The notes below the pieces were generated by a model. It saw only the letters and a program-made list of their open reading frames with translations, had not been told where the DNA came from and did no database searches. From assembly GCA_002633005.1 (NCBI GenBank), contig NMRA01000058.1, positions 844,511-908,510 of the forward strand: a stretch of DNA of 64,000 bases. The letters are read 5' to 3'. The position numbers and the translations under genes are program-made. Source of the stretch: Phoronis australis (taxonomy: Eukaryota; Animalia; Phoronida). Shown here in pieces: positions 52,092 to 64,000 of this stretch (positions are counted from its first letter, which is position 1; every line of letters starts with the position of its first letter).

Positions 52092-52221
52092 TGACCATGA
52101 AGGTGGTAATGTCAGTGCACATGCCTGCCATCTAGTGGGAAGTGCATTGTCCGACCCGTATCTTAGTTTCGCTAGTGCCATGAATGGCTTGGCCGGTCCA
52201 CTTCATGGGCTGGCTAATCAG
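52092..52221 (+). CDS. CS: Citrate synthase exon 7
   Basis: [43 protein letters not shown] (catalytic His); ttctag|...|gtgggt; 130 bp. Confidence 0.99.
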
Positions 52222-52653
52222 GTGGGTGTTGGCATGGTTTAGAAATTGTGCCGAGTTTCTAATGTTTTGGCATTAACTTAAAAGTTTGAAGAGGCACGTG
52301 TTAAATGTTTGGGCCTAAGTTGAAATGGGAGATTATAATTTTGGTTGTAAGTTTTTTATAGCAAGAGTACCAGAAGCGGAATTACTTGCGAACCTTACTT
52401 AAATTTTTTGACCGATTATCTGTTGATTTACTACCACTTGACTCAACATCGTTGTTAGATTTGTCATCTTACAGGTGATTCTTTGTGGTATTTTAGAATG
52501 ATTTGTACATCTTCACACTTTTTAGTGTAACTTTTTGTCTTTGACAACAGTTTGTTTGCCAGTTTATCTTGGAAACCACAAATTCAGCTATGAACCAATG
52601 ATGCAACTGCCGTTACTGAGCATTACTTGTTTGTCACATTTGTGTGTTTTTAG

Positions 52654-52755
52654 GAAGTGCTGGTATGGGTAACTAAACTACAAGAACAACTGGGCGGAGA
52701 AGTGAGCGACGACCAGCTGAAAGACTTCATTTGGAATACACTGAAGAGCGGCCAG
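52654..52755 (+). CDS. CS: Citrate synthase exon 8
   Basis: [34 protein letters not shown]; ttttag|...|gtaggg; 102 bp. Confidence 0.98.
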
Positions 52756-53324
52756 GTAGGGGTGGACGTTCTTCTCAAGTCTGGGCATTGTATCTTGGAT
52801 TCTGTAGTGCTTCTGAGTATGGGCCCTCACACAGGTGTTTGCATTGCACCTGGCTACTTTACCTGTCATATGAGGTTTACTTCAACGAAATGAAGTCCTT
52901 CACTGTAATCTTTAGTTAATATGTGTTTTGGCTGAATTTCTTGCTATGCCTATGCTTTAGTTAGCATAGAGAGATGGGGATGACAGTTAATTCCTATACC
53001 ACCTTAAAAGTCAGGAAAGCAATTAGTGTTAACATCAACACCAAAACGCATTCTCACGCAAAAAGTTGACTTCAGTAGGCGTACCGATGAGGCAATAACT
53101 GGTTTAATTTCATGTTCCACTCTGCAGAAGTCGCCTGTGTGCTGTTCCATCTGTAAACTCACCTCCAACATTCCAATTACACTGAATTGTTGTCATTTTC
53201 ATTATGTTTTTGTGGGAATCTGTATCATTTATCAGATGCCATGTTGGAGAGCTGCTGCTATTGGCCCCATTATGATTTAAAGTACCATCACTGACAGTTA
53301 CTTTACTTATTGTTCTGTTAACAG

Positions 53325-53534
53325 GTGGTGCCTGGCTACGGTCATGCTGTCCTGCGTCAGACTGACCCACGCTACATGTGCCAAAGAGAGTTTGCCCTCA
53401 AGCACCTGCCCGATGACCCCCTGTTCCGTCTCGTCTCCCAACTCTTCAAGGTGGTACCTGATGTTCTGCTGGAGCACGGCAAAGCCAAAAACCCCTGGCC
53501 CAATGTAGACGCCCATAGTGGAGTGCTGCTACAG
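53325..53534 (+). CDS. CS: Citrate synthase exon 9
   Basis: [16 protein letters not shown] (CS signature) ... [14 protein letters not shown]; 210 bp. Confidence 0.99.
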
Positions 53535-54835
53535 GTAGGCAGGGTTTTAAAGAGGAAAGGCATTGCCTTCAGCACAAATACAGGTTCTTAGCTATTGTGG
53601 AGGCGCATTTTTCATGTTATTTATTGTTACTTAGGCACGTGTTTACTATTCATGGAACAATTGAAAGTGAGGGAAAAAGCTTGGCAAAGCACACCCCTCT
53701 TGGTTGTGCAGGCACTTCCATTCAGCAAGGATGATTGACACAGACAGTGTTCAATAAGGAGGAGGACTTTGTGCTGTGTTGTGTTGGGCCGGCCTTCTGT
53801 GGCACAGTTTATTGACTTATGAATTAACTAATTTTATACTAATTTATTTTATTTATTATCTTTTTAAGCTAATTGTACATAGCTGTCTGTGTTTTACTTC
53901 ATGTAATTATTTCCGACTGGGTCCACTTGAAAATCAGTGTATTCATTGAAGTGGTCACCCAGTCTTTTAAAGAAGTTTAAATAAATAATAAATAAAAAGT
54001 ACTCACCAGGTGAACCGTAATTAATATGGAGAACTGTATCTCCTAAGATAATCAGGATCTGTGTTTTAATGCGCAAAAAAGTATGTGGGAGCACACTGCC
54101 ACCGTCTGTGTCTGGGCATCCGACGTTGAAAGATGTAATCCTGCACATTGAGACCAATTGTGTGATATCAAAAAAAATACAAAATTCTATTCATCTGATT
54201 CGGTGTCACCTCTCTGATTTTTTGGTTAAAAATATGCGATTACCCAACTTTCTGTGTGCTCTTAGTTGTCTAATAAATTTGTAATATCATGACCAGTCGA
54301 GTTCATTTAAAACGTTGCCATAATTGCGCCATATATCACAAATTTTTATTCAACTGGTCAAAGAGGCTTTGCCTACCACTCATTGACCTGTGAGTAAAAC
54401 ACCGAACTGAGCTGCAGCTCATTGTAAAGCTGACTGCAGTGCTGACCGACTTCAATGCATGTTTTGAATATTCACTTTAAACAACAGCTGTTGTCATGGG
54501 GGGGGGGCTGGAATTGGTGGTGACTAAGTGGGAGGAGGGTTCCCCACAACCAAAAGTATAGGCACAGGCCACCTTTCCCATCTGGTGAGTGAGGGCCCTG
54601 TGATATAGTGTGATACGCATGACAAGTGCCTTACTTATAGCCAGTATCATGGGTGAATATTGCAGAATTTGAGTGGAGTCTTAATATTTTAAGATATGGC
54701 TATTGAAACATGTTATCACTGGCCATTCATTGTAAGCCACATTTGAACAGAGGTTCTTATAACCTGTCTGTAGATGGCAGTACTGTGTGTGTTGTGTATT
54801 GCACTTGGATGTTTGACATTACCTTTTTGTTCCAG

Positions 54836-55000
54836 TATTATGGCATGACTGAGATGTCATACTATACTGTGTTGTTTGGTGTGTCACGTGCCCTCGGCGT
54901 CCTGTCGTCGCTGGTCTGGGACCGAGCCCTAGGTTTGCCTCTGGAGCGGCCCAAATCCATGAGCACAGATGGACTAATGAAGCTGGTTGGAGCCAAGTAG
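54836..55000 (+). CDS. CS: Citrate synthase exon 10 (last coding exon)
   Basis: [21 protein letters not shown]...[20 protein letters not shown]; ttccag| acceptor. Total CDS is 1410 nt (469 aa). Confidence 0.99.
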   Translation, partial: YYGMTEMSYYTVLFGVSRALGVLSSLVWDRALGLPLERPKSMSTDGLMKLVGAK

Positions 55001-57988
55001 TTGTTCACCAGGGTGTTCTTGGATAAAACAAGCCATCACAGAAACTATGAAAGCTATTGTTTTAGATTTTGTCGGAAGATGTTACCATTGGTGGAAAATG
55101 TAATTGAGTGTAGCTGTTCCACAGATGGGTTTCATATAGTCGTTATTTTGACTTTTGTGTGCCGCCTGTTTGTAACGTAACATGCTTTTAGTTATTGCCG
55201 ATCCTGAATTGGTGAAAACAAGGTTTGTTTGTTTGACTAACAGATGTATACTTTGGTTTGTAGCAAGTTTTGTCCAGTTGATGATCGATGGGAGGTTTCA
55301 TGAGAGTTCTTGGATAGACGAAATCGTGTGAATACTATGTATATATATACGTGTGTATATATAATGTAATAGGATAAGTACAGGATTAAATTATGCTGGA
55401 CATCATGTAGGTCCTAGTTATGGTAACAGTTTTTTGCTTTTATTTCATTCTGCATTTAGAGGAGATTAGTAGTTTTGCTTAGTGTCACTATTTCATGACT
55501 AATATATGTAAAGTGTCACTAATTCATGACTAATATATGTAAATTATTCTCTTTAAGCACACCCTTTCCACTATTTACACCTGTTTAGAACATAATCGAG
55601 AGTTATAGCTAAAATAGAAACATTTCATAAATTGTAGTCCTCCATGTATGTTTGGTTTGATTGGCAATTCACAAAAGTGTAAGTTCCGATTGTGGCAGCC
55701 ATTTTGTAGGTGCACCACCAGATATTCAAAACCGACTTTCAAAACCGACTTTCAAAACTGTGCATGTAATTCTGGTTATTTTGGAAACTTTTGATAGTGC
55801 CTTGAAAGAGTTTCATTTTGTTAAGAAGTTAAACTAGATTGTTTTGAGGTTAAGGTCCTTTGGTGAAGTTTTTAACCGTAAGAAGCGGAAAGGTTATCTT
55901 CAACGTTAGTAATCACATTAAGGATTGTTGGTCTTGCACATATGTCACGCAGGGAAGATTTTCAAGAGTGTTAAAGGTTAGTAATTCTGTTCAAATCTCG
56001 TCACTGTTGTTCTGGACAGAAATGCTTTGCATTTTAATGAAGTGAAGCATTCGGCACTCGCAGTCAGGGATGTGTCTTTAAAATTCTCTAGTGTCAGTTC
56101 CTAATGACTATTATTACTTTTTTATGTATACTAGATTTGATGGATGGATAAATAATGAACAGATTCTGGTAAAAGTTGCTGATGTTTGGTATCTTTATCC
56201 CTTAAACACGTGCTGTGAAATTTAGGTAGTTTTTACGAGGCTGTAAGTTGTGGATGTTAGCTACAAAAATATTTCCATGAATGAAAAACTAATAGAAAAT
56301 AAAGTTGGGAGAAATGGAGATGAATAAAATAAAACTCAATCGTTTTAGGACTTGCATTGTAAGTTTGGGTTATCATTCAGATGTGTTTGATAACAAAAAG
56401 GAGCCAAAATTGCTCTAAATTAATGAAAAATAACTCATGCAACGTGAAAGTAGTATGGTGGCCAATTTCTAGAAATAAGAACACAATATGTGTGGGAACT
56501 ATAGTATGGTATAGCAACGCACATCGGTCTCATATTTTAATTGAACTTTTTTTTAAAGCAAATAGTTCTGCTTTGCTCTATTTTGGTGGAAGCTTTCGTT
56601 TCGGTATGGCATTTGCACAAAGTTGTAAAAAGCAACAATTTTGTCATGGGTTATCTGGTGACTAGGGGCATATTTCAACCACTGATAACTGTCTTCGTCT
56701 TTGATTGGGCCATTCATGTTATTGTGGCAGTAGATTCGCTATGCCATTTTAAAGTGGAAAGTGTAAATAATGGTCGGAATTTTTGCAAGCAGAGGGAAAA
56801 AACTGCAACGTTCTTTACCCAGTAATCACGCCAACTAACCAACAGCACAAGGTCATTCACATGAAGACAATTACTTGTTCACAGAATTCATGTCAACGTG
56901 AAGCTGGCCATTTCACTATAAACCCACATAAAGGTGACAACTCAAGAATTCAATGATGGACACAGTCAGACCAAGAGTTGCAACAAAGTTGCGGGAAGTA
57001 GACAACAGGCTCGGCAATGGAAAATTGCACAAAATTAACGAGGCCTATCTGAGCACGAAGTTTTTAGTTTCGAGGCATTTTTGACGCAATGTTTTTAATA
57101 CTCGGCTTCCATGTCCCTCAGTCAAGTCACTGATATTCTGCATCAGAGAATGACTAGGTGAGGGACTTAAGTTAACTAGGTGGCGCTAGCAAAATACCCA
57201 GCTTTCACATCTCCCCTGTCTTCATATCACTGATACTCTGCATCACATAATGATTGAGTGAGGACATCAAGTTCACTAGGTGGTGTTCCAACATTCGAAA
57301 TACATGGACTCTAGTTACTCAGGGGCCCTTACCACACAACCCCCCCCCNTAATTACACAGGACCCTTACCACACAACCCCCCTCCCCCATTTCAGTCAAC
57401 GCGCATTGTTCTCAATCCACTCAGATTCAAAAAAGAGGACATCTTTATAACCAATGTCTAAGGAGTATCTCTAGTTTTGAGCACAATAGGTTGCACTAAC
57501 TGTGCGAGCTGTCTTCAGATAAGAGTAAGGGAAGGTCTTTTGCTGACTGTCGGGTTGCAGGAAAACATGATCTGTTTCATCCTTTCTAAATGTATTTTAT
57601 TCTACTTTAACATAAATGCGACTTCATATCAGGAGACAAGGCGACAAGTTCAGCTTGTGGTAACTTGAGCGTAACATAGCATTTAAATGTATTTGGAGTT
57701 CATAAGAGGGCAGTTATTCCACACAAGTTTATAAAAAGATGGCATACGTCAGAAATAATAGCAGATCACACCTGCTTGAATATCATAAATCATGAGTAAC
57801 ACCATAGAATGCAAGTGTGATTGATCCAGTGTCTTACACACATAAAGTGCATAACATGAACAAGTGTAGATCATCTCTCATAGCACCGCGGCAAGTTCGT
57901 TGGCAAAGATCTCCAGCTTGGCAGTTTAGAGGCATGGAGACAGGCCCAGATATCTTTAGTTTAAGCGGCTTTTTGTATCCAGCTGGTT

Positions 57989-58138
57989 TTAATTCAACGA
58001 TGGCACACGATTGTCGCTCCATGACAGTTCTATGGTTGGCCATTTTGTCTGAAGACAAGTCCTCACAGGGTTCACAGGAGTTGTATTATCTAGATCGATG
58101 TTCTCTGGAACTTGAGCAGTGCCCTCTATGTACATGAC
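57989..58138 (-). CDS. MINDY3: Ubiquitin carboxyl-terminal hydrolase MINDY-3, last exon
   Basis: VMYIEGTAQV...PVRTCLQTKWPTIELSWSDNRVPSLN* vs human VMYVEGTAVV...PIKRCLQTKWPYIELLWTTDRSPSLN (from memory); tttcag| acceptor. Confidence 0.95.
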   Translation of the reverse strand, partial: VMYIEGTAQVPENIDLDNTTPVNPVRTCLQTKWPTIELSWSDNRVPSLN

Positions 58139-58361
58139 CTGAAATAATATTGAGGTATGAAACCTTTGCTAATTACCTCTTCCGCCTCATCTTACAGGTA
58201 GTCTACGGAACAATTTTGAACATTTTAGAGAGCACTGTATCTTAACATTATGGTCTCAAGCTGACGTTAGCAGGTGAATATGAGAGACCAGTAGTCTACA
58301 AAATTCATAGCATACCATTAACCTTTACACCTACCTAAACAAATAGAACAAATCTGTTTAA

Positions 58362-58908
58362 CCCTTATCCTGCCCTAGGTGAGGTCAGCTGACATGCCAA
58401 TTATCCTATTACAATGCAGCTGGGGATCATTAGGGTGAGTGCACTCACCCCAGGACACTTGTGATTTTCATTCAGAAATTGTGAGAGCCCTGGATGTTGT
58501 TTAGATATGTGAGCTTGCACATTACATAGTTTATAGTTTCCTCCACATTTCTATGATTTAAACCATATGGCTGTGATTACTAGTTAGGGAGATATTGGCA
58601 GGTTTATGAAAGTTTCATTATATGGCTGGAGCCAGAGGTGAGAGGATGACAGTGGATCAGTTTATTTTCACCCACGTCATGATGAAGATTTACATAAATG
58701 GTGAAAATTTCCATTAAATTCTGAAAAACTTTTGTTGACTTCTTTTCTGTGAAATTAACATTTCCCCTTCAAATTTCCAATTTAAAATTGTTAGGTCATT
58801 AGTCTGGATAACCTTCGTAACAGCCCAGCCTACAGCTGCAGTAGTGTTGACCTACTTAGCTCAGCACACAGGGAAAGTAGTCTGAATAGAGGCTCAGCAG
58901 GATAAGGG
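58362..58908. mobile_element. piggyBac-type MITE in a MINDY3 intron
   Basis: TTAA-CCCTTATCCTGC ... GCAGGATAAGGG-TTAA. Confidence 0.88.
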
Positions 58909-59058
58909 TTAAGTAAGCCTTGGCTTGATTTACAGGTCAAAGAAGAATTATGGAACACAATACCAGCTTTTGAAGCAAGTAAAATGCTAAACAGGCCAGC
59001 ATCCTATATTTGTCACTAGGGCCCGTTATATCACAGGTTGTGCACCCAAGGTAATCTT

Positions 59059-59524
59059 CAAGGCTTGGAATTTTCCGCGGAAACGCAGATTTCCGCTTTT
59101 TTCAAATGGTCTGTCCGCACATTTTATTATATTTCCGCGTAAAAAAAGTCTGATTTGATATAAAATTTCTGCGGCAAATTCCTTTCTTACCGCGGCGTTG
59201 CAGACGACGTTTACCTCGAAAAGCGGAAGTTGCTCTTTATGTTTCGGAGGAATGTAAATTGTCAACATTGCCGGGGCATCTGGGATAGCGTGGTGGGATT
59301 TTCAATGGCGTCTCGTGTTATTGTAAATCGCGGTGACAAATACTACGGCTCCGCAGCAAAAAATGTGTGGGTTGGGAGCGGACGGACGAGCTAAAAGGAT
59401 GCAGACGCATGCTCCCGATTTTTGTTGGCGAAAGGTTCACATCGACAATTTCAAGGCTGGGTAGCGCGCATGATTTGGGCCGTAAAAGTTTCCACGTTTT
59501 TGTCATTGGTCATTCCAAGCCCTG
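59059..59524. mobile_element. hAT-type MITE
   Basis: CAAGGCTTGGAAT ... ATTCCAAGCCCTG, repeated TTCCGC subterminal motifs, partial TSD AATCTT on both sides. Confidence 0.6.
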
Positions 59525-59977
59525 AATCTTGATACACGATTGCACAAGCAACAATATTCTTTTAAAAGATGAAACATCGCTAACACAATTTGCATTCACA
59601 CTCAAGGACCAATGATATCAACCACTTTACTGCAGTGATTAATACGCAGATTTCAGAGCTAGTTTGCACACGTAGGAAAGATAAGATTTATATCGTGGCA
59701 GAGGCTGCAACACTTGCACAGACAAAGATGAACTGCACATCAATTTAAAGTAGAGTATCACGTGACCTCCAGTGGCAAAGAAAGTTGATAAAGTAGTGGA
59801 AGACTGTAGCAATACAATCAAATTTTAATTGTCCCAATAAAGCATTTACCAAAATGAAATATAGTTTAAAGAAACACACGCCATTAAAAATCTAAGATGA
59901 AAACATTTTAGTTTATTACTGGCCACACGATCTCAAATAAAATTGACCTCTGCAGTACCCCCAGTAGGGAATGATAC

Positions 59978-60140
59978 CTTGTCACTGAGGTTCGATTTCT
60001 TAATCCCATTGTAGTGATAGACTGTGAAAGACAGGGGGAGGTCGCCTCTGTTCTCGCCGGGGAAGAATTCACTCATGAAGTTGCTGATTAAAATCACACC
60101 GAGATCTTCAGGGTCCAGCTTTGTGCGCATTATTTGGATA
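59978..60140 (-). CDS. MINDY3: MINDY3 penultimate exon
   Basis: IQIMRTKLDPEDLGVILISNFMSEFFPG...SFTVYHYNGIKKSNLSDK (YHYNG motif); ttcag|...|gtatca; 163 bp. Confidence 0.96.
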
Positions 60141-61055
60141 CTGAAATAGGAAAATCAGCACATAAAATTCAAGGCAAAATTTGACTGGCTAAAAAGGAAA
60201 ATCAAATTAGGTCGTTTACTCTGATAAAATCGGTCTCGTCATATTTTTACCATGACATGATTCAATTTCTATAACTCAGGCAATGCATGCAAGCGCCATT
60301 GTTAAATTTACATTTTTAGGGCAGGTCAACTCCAAAAACTGTGAATCGTTTTCTTGGGTTGCTGATGGTTCTGACGTTCTTGTTGGTAGCGGAAATAGAA
60401 CCCTATCACGGTAAGTGATATTACAAGACAAATTTCATTAGAATGAAAGGCCAATTCGTTTTTCATATTTTAGCCAGCTAAACGAGGCCTAGATGAAAAA
60501 TGTCACCAAACTAGGGGACAATAATAACGACGTGTAAAATTTCATTTTTTCATAAACGATAAAAGGGAACAAAATAAGTCCTATACCATTTTCAAAATCT
60601 ATACCATAGTTACCATCAGAAACAGTTTCTGAAAAGTTGTGGACAATGTGAAAAATGAAAAAGGCCAACCCTGGAAATTATTTTGTCTCAAATGGTGAGA
60701 GTTACTCAAGAACTAAAAACAGAATGCCTTAAACAAGTACAAATACAAAAAAGTTAAAAACTAACCACACATTTCACAACTAAAGTGTAGCAATTTTACA
60801 AATTCTAAGTATATTAAACTGGTCAAAAGAAGTTTAGTGCGATGACACAGAAACACCAAATATGGCATGGGATGATTACTGTACATGCTAAGAACAATGT
60901 GACAAAACGACCTCAAATTCCTCATCATGACAACTGGGCACTGGCAGAATTCTTCCTTATGACAACCGACAGCACATAGAACTAGCCATCAGAGTAGCTG
61001 GCATGACAAGCCAAACCAGGAAATGGAAAGTTGTTCAATTTTATTTTGCAACATA

Positions 61056-61067
61056 TGTGTGTGTGTG

Positions 61068-61102
<35 letters not shown>
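61056..61102. repeat. (GT)n microsatellite
   Basis: About 23 GT units with one GC interruption. Confidence 0.97.
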
Positions 61103-61573
61103 ACATATACTTAAATCTGTACTTCACCCTGTTTATCTGGTTAAAAATGAAAATCGAATTGGGCATTTTATTCTCAAAAAACAGTCTCAGAATGTTCATT
61201 ATGGTGACAGAATGTTCATTTCTGTTACGATCAGAAGCGTTTTCTTGAGTCGTTGGTTTTTATGTTCTTGGTGGTAACAGAAATGGAATCTCATCGTGGT
61301 AAGGAATATTATGAGATAGACGTTATGAGAATACAAGGTCCAATTTGCTATTTGTTTTTAGCCAGCCAAACAGAGTGTAATGAAGCTTTAAGCCATCTCT
61401 ATGGATAACAAAGACATTTACCTCATCACAATTAATTATAGCAACACAGATCAGGCAACTAGACAAACACCCAGAAACCTTGCCGGAATAATTTCAAGTA
61501 ATGTCAAGGAAAGAAACCGAAAAACAAAATCTATGACGTAGGCTACTGCACTTCACTGCAACATGTTACTTAC

Positions 61574-61649
61574 TATTCTTCAGGCTCCGAGACCAGACCT
61601 AATGTTTCTAAAACATCTTTTAGTAGAATGGTTGATATAAAACCGCAGT
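61574..61649 (-). CDS. MINDY3: MINDY3 internal exon (EF-hand insertion)
   Basis: (D)CGFISTILLKDVLETLGLVSEPEE(Y); ttttag|...|gtaagt; 76 bp, phases 1 and 2 fit the neighbouring exons. Confidence 0.93.
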
Positions 61650-62334
61650 CTAAAATGAAACAATCATTGAAAATTTATTACAACTAAGTACAGACAATCT
61701 CACCAATTTCAGACCAAAATAGTTGAAAAACTGCTCTTTTGATAATTTTCAAACTAGGCTTTTACCTTAGTCATGAATCCTCAGTTTCTCAAAAACACTG
61801 GCTGACAGTAGCTGTTGTCCTCAACTTAGAATTTGTAAAGTAATGCATTGCTGTTACTTTAAGTCTTATGAAAAAAATGTAGAGAAATCCCTTGTAAACC
61901 GTTTTATGTCCTAAATTGGTGTGATTTCATCGTACAATATAAATATGCAACAATGTTCAATTTCAAAGAATGTCTCCGTTCAAGCTGGACAATCAGATTA
62001 TAAAATGGCCGCAGTGGGGAAAGAAAGACTGGTACATGTCTATACAAAGTTTTAAGGCAAATTTCAAGTATTACAAGTGTTCCATTGAATGAAGTAACCA
62101 TGGATGGCTGCACCAAATAAACAGTCGACACCAAATTTGAGAATATCTCGACAAAATATTCACATAAATGAAATGAGTTCGACAAATGCCAAAAATATGT
62201 GGAATAAAACAACACTAAATAACCAGCGCACACAGTCAACCAGTTTTATCCATCTGGGGAAGTTTCCAATGATTGACACGTTATTTTGAAAACACATCCT
62301 GGTAGAATTAAATAACATGTTAGTCAAACAAGGA

Positions 62335-62520
62335 GGCAGTATGGTCTAGAGGGATAAGTGTCCTATTCCATTACTCAAGGTCGTGGGTTTGAGTCCCACT
62401 GGGGCACAATGCTAGACCCTTGAATCAGGTGTCTAGGTCCTCAGCTCAGTTTTATCTATATTAATAAAGCATAAAAATTGTTCCAGGTGATCACTGCAAT
62501 GGACTGCCCAAGCAGGTGAA
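62335..62520 (+). mobile_element. tRNA-derived SINE (same family as 37170-37362)
   Basis: A box TGGTCTAGAGG and B-box-like GGTTTGAGTCC; shared body TGCTAGACCCTTGA...TAAAGCATAAAAA...TTCCAGGTGATCA. Confidence 0.75.
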
Positions 62521-62529
62521 CAAGCATAC

Positions 62530-62602
62530 CTTCAGGATCGAAGCTGCTGAATATCCGTCTAGCTTCAGCTCCTGGACTTTCTGGAGCTACTAGTGCCCTC
62601 TC
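62530..62602 (-). CDS. MINDY3: MINDY3 internal exon; the gene continues beyond the window
   Basis: ERALVAPESPGAEARRIFSSFDPE vs human DMALVAPEAPSEQARRVFQTYDPE; ctacag|...|gtatgc; 73 bp. Confidence 0.95.
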
Positions 62603-62828
62603 CTGTAGATAAAAAGAAAGGTTACAATTGAATTGAGTTCATACAATACACTAATAATTACCAAATTAATTATTCTTCAAACAATATCAAGGTAGCGACA
62701 TTTTTCAATAGCCTCATTCTCTTGCATAACTAGCTTCAAAAACAGACAGGTCATTAGCCCTGCATGTATGACAGCAGTTAACTTGCTATCGAAATGTCCT
62801 GGGTTCGGTTCTCAAAGTGCTACATTAC

Positions 62829-62990
62829 AAGACAAAAGAAATCAAACAAAAGAAATCAATAAAAGTAATCAGACAAAAGCAATCAGACAAAAGCAATCAG
62901 ACAAAAGTAATCAGACAAAAGCAATCAGACAAAAGCAATCAGACAAAAGAAATCAGACAAAAGTAATGAGACAAAAGTAATTAGACAAAA
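62829..62990. repeat. 14-bp minisatellite (AATCAGACAAAAG[C/T/A])n
   Basis: About 11-12 tandem units. Confidence 0.95.
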
Positions 62991-64000
62991 CACAATTTCC
63001 CTGTCATGAGGGCTAATTCTGTCAAGAGCAAAAATGACTGGTAATAACAATTAGGGCGGCAAAATTCCAATTACATAATGGCTTTATAGCAACCTTACGG
63101 TAAAATCTCACCGACTTAGGACACAATATGGCCTACAAGTGAAATTTTATGTTTTCATTTTTTGAATAAAAGATAAGTAGCACCAAGCAGATGCTATACC
63201 ATTATAAATGTCTATGTCATAGCTTCCTTTACACAATATTTCCAGCAGAAGCGTTTGAAAAATGAAAAAAAGAACAATTTTGGCAATTATTTTTTCTCAA
63301 AATTAGTGAGATTTTACTGTACTAAGTTTCCTGCTAATTCCCCGTCATTCTCGATTATGAGGAAGTACTCCGATGATGAAATTGGCTTCCGCCCAGCCGT
63401 CATGACGGGAAATCATGAGTCATTTTGTCTAAAAACATTTGGCTTTTGCTGAATATTTGATAAATTCACATGTAATTAATGTCCAATACCCTAGTTCCAA
63501 AAGTCATATGTTCCATAACATTTTCAAAGTTTTAATTAATATTAGTCGATCTGATTAACAACAGAGAAGCCAAGGGCTCATAACTGTTTTTCTTCAGTTG
63601 GACTGCTTTATTTCAATGCGCACATCTCACACATAGGATAAGCTACATATTCAAGTAACCAGCTTGGCACACCAATCTAAAGAGATATACCAGCATGGCA
63701 TTTACTACAACCCCACGATATCGGCGTCTCTGTCATGTTATCAGTGGGGCATGTCAAATCCATAACTGTTGCTCCCAGACCGGCTTATGTAAATATTTAC
63801 GCAAAAGCGAATTTGAAGAGTAAAATCTACAGCAGTCACAAAAGTCGGTGGTTATCAGTTTTAGCCAAAGTCAAACAACAATCATTTAACTAGAAAGATT
63901 ATTGTCACGGCGTGACAATAACGGACTCTGCGCGTGCCTATTACTGGAATTATTATGGGAAGTTACTGACAGAAACCCGTTTACCAATATGAAAAGGAAT

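Noticed and set aside
57470-57585. Exon-like minus-strand frame DETDHVFLQPDSQQKTFPYSYLKTARTVSATYCAQN*
   Set aside because: Lies downstream of the conserved MINDY3 stop codon and has no recognisable homology.
62829-62990. Regular short repeats, considered as a CRISPR array
   Set aside because: Head-to-tail minisatellite with no unique spacers, in a eukaryotic intron with no cas genes.
63112-63132. 21-nt AG/GT-bounded minus-strand segment (AILCPKS) that could be a MINDY3 microexon
   Set aside because: No counterpart in MINDY3 as I recall it, and it lies in transposon-like sequence. Chance splice signals are common.

Overview
This is AT-rich metazoan genomic DNA, probably from a lophotrochozoan or other marine invertebrate, taken from a heterozygous draft assembly with seven single-N joins. 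It is not prokaryotic: no operons, CRISPR arrays or rRNA were seen. Three host genes are supported. (1) A complete 10-exon mitochondrial citrate synthase (CS, + strand, ATG 30965 to stop 55000, 469 aa, all junctions GT-AG and in phase). (2) The last four exons of the deubiquitinase MINDY3/FAM188A (- strand, 62602 to 57989), tail-to-tail with CS. (3) A single-coding-exon FN3-transmembrane protein (14040-15317) with no signal peptide. The rest is a dense patchwork of transposon relics: Penelope-like elements (PLEs), a CAC..GTG element with a 5-bp TSD, CCGTA/TA MITEs, piggyBac, hAT and Harbinger derivatives, THAP fragments, tRNA-derived SINEs and foldback elements. The most interesting signal is a very young Penelope-like insertion in CS intron 6. 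It carries a minimal hammerhead ribozyme with an intact core in each arm of a 244-bp inverted repeat around a GIY-YIG domain. An older element with the same architecture lies at 16.5-17.5 kb. Also notable are a filled/empty transposon site captured on two haplotypes and a ~1.8-kb palindrome directly upstream of the CS promoter. All calls were made by eye; no searches were run.
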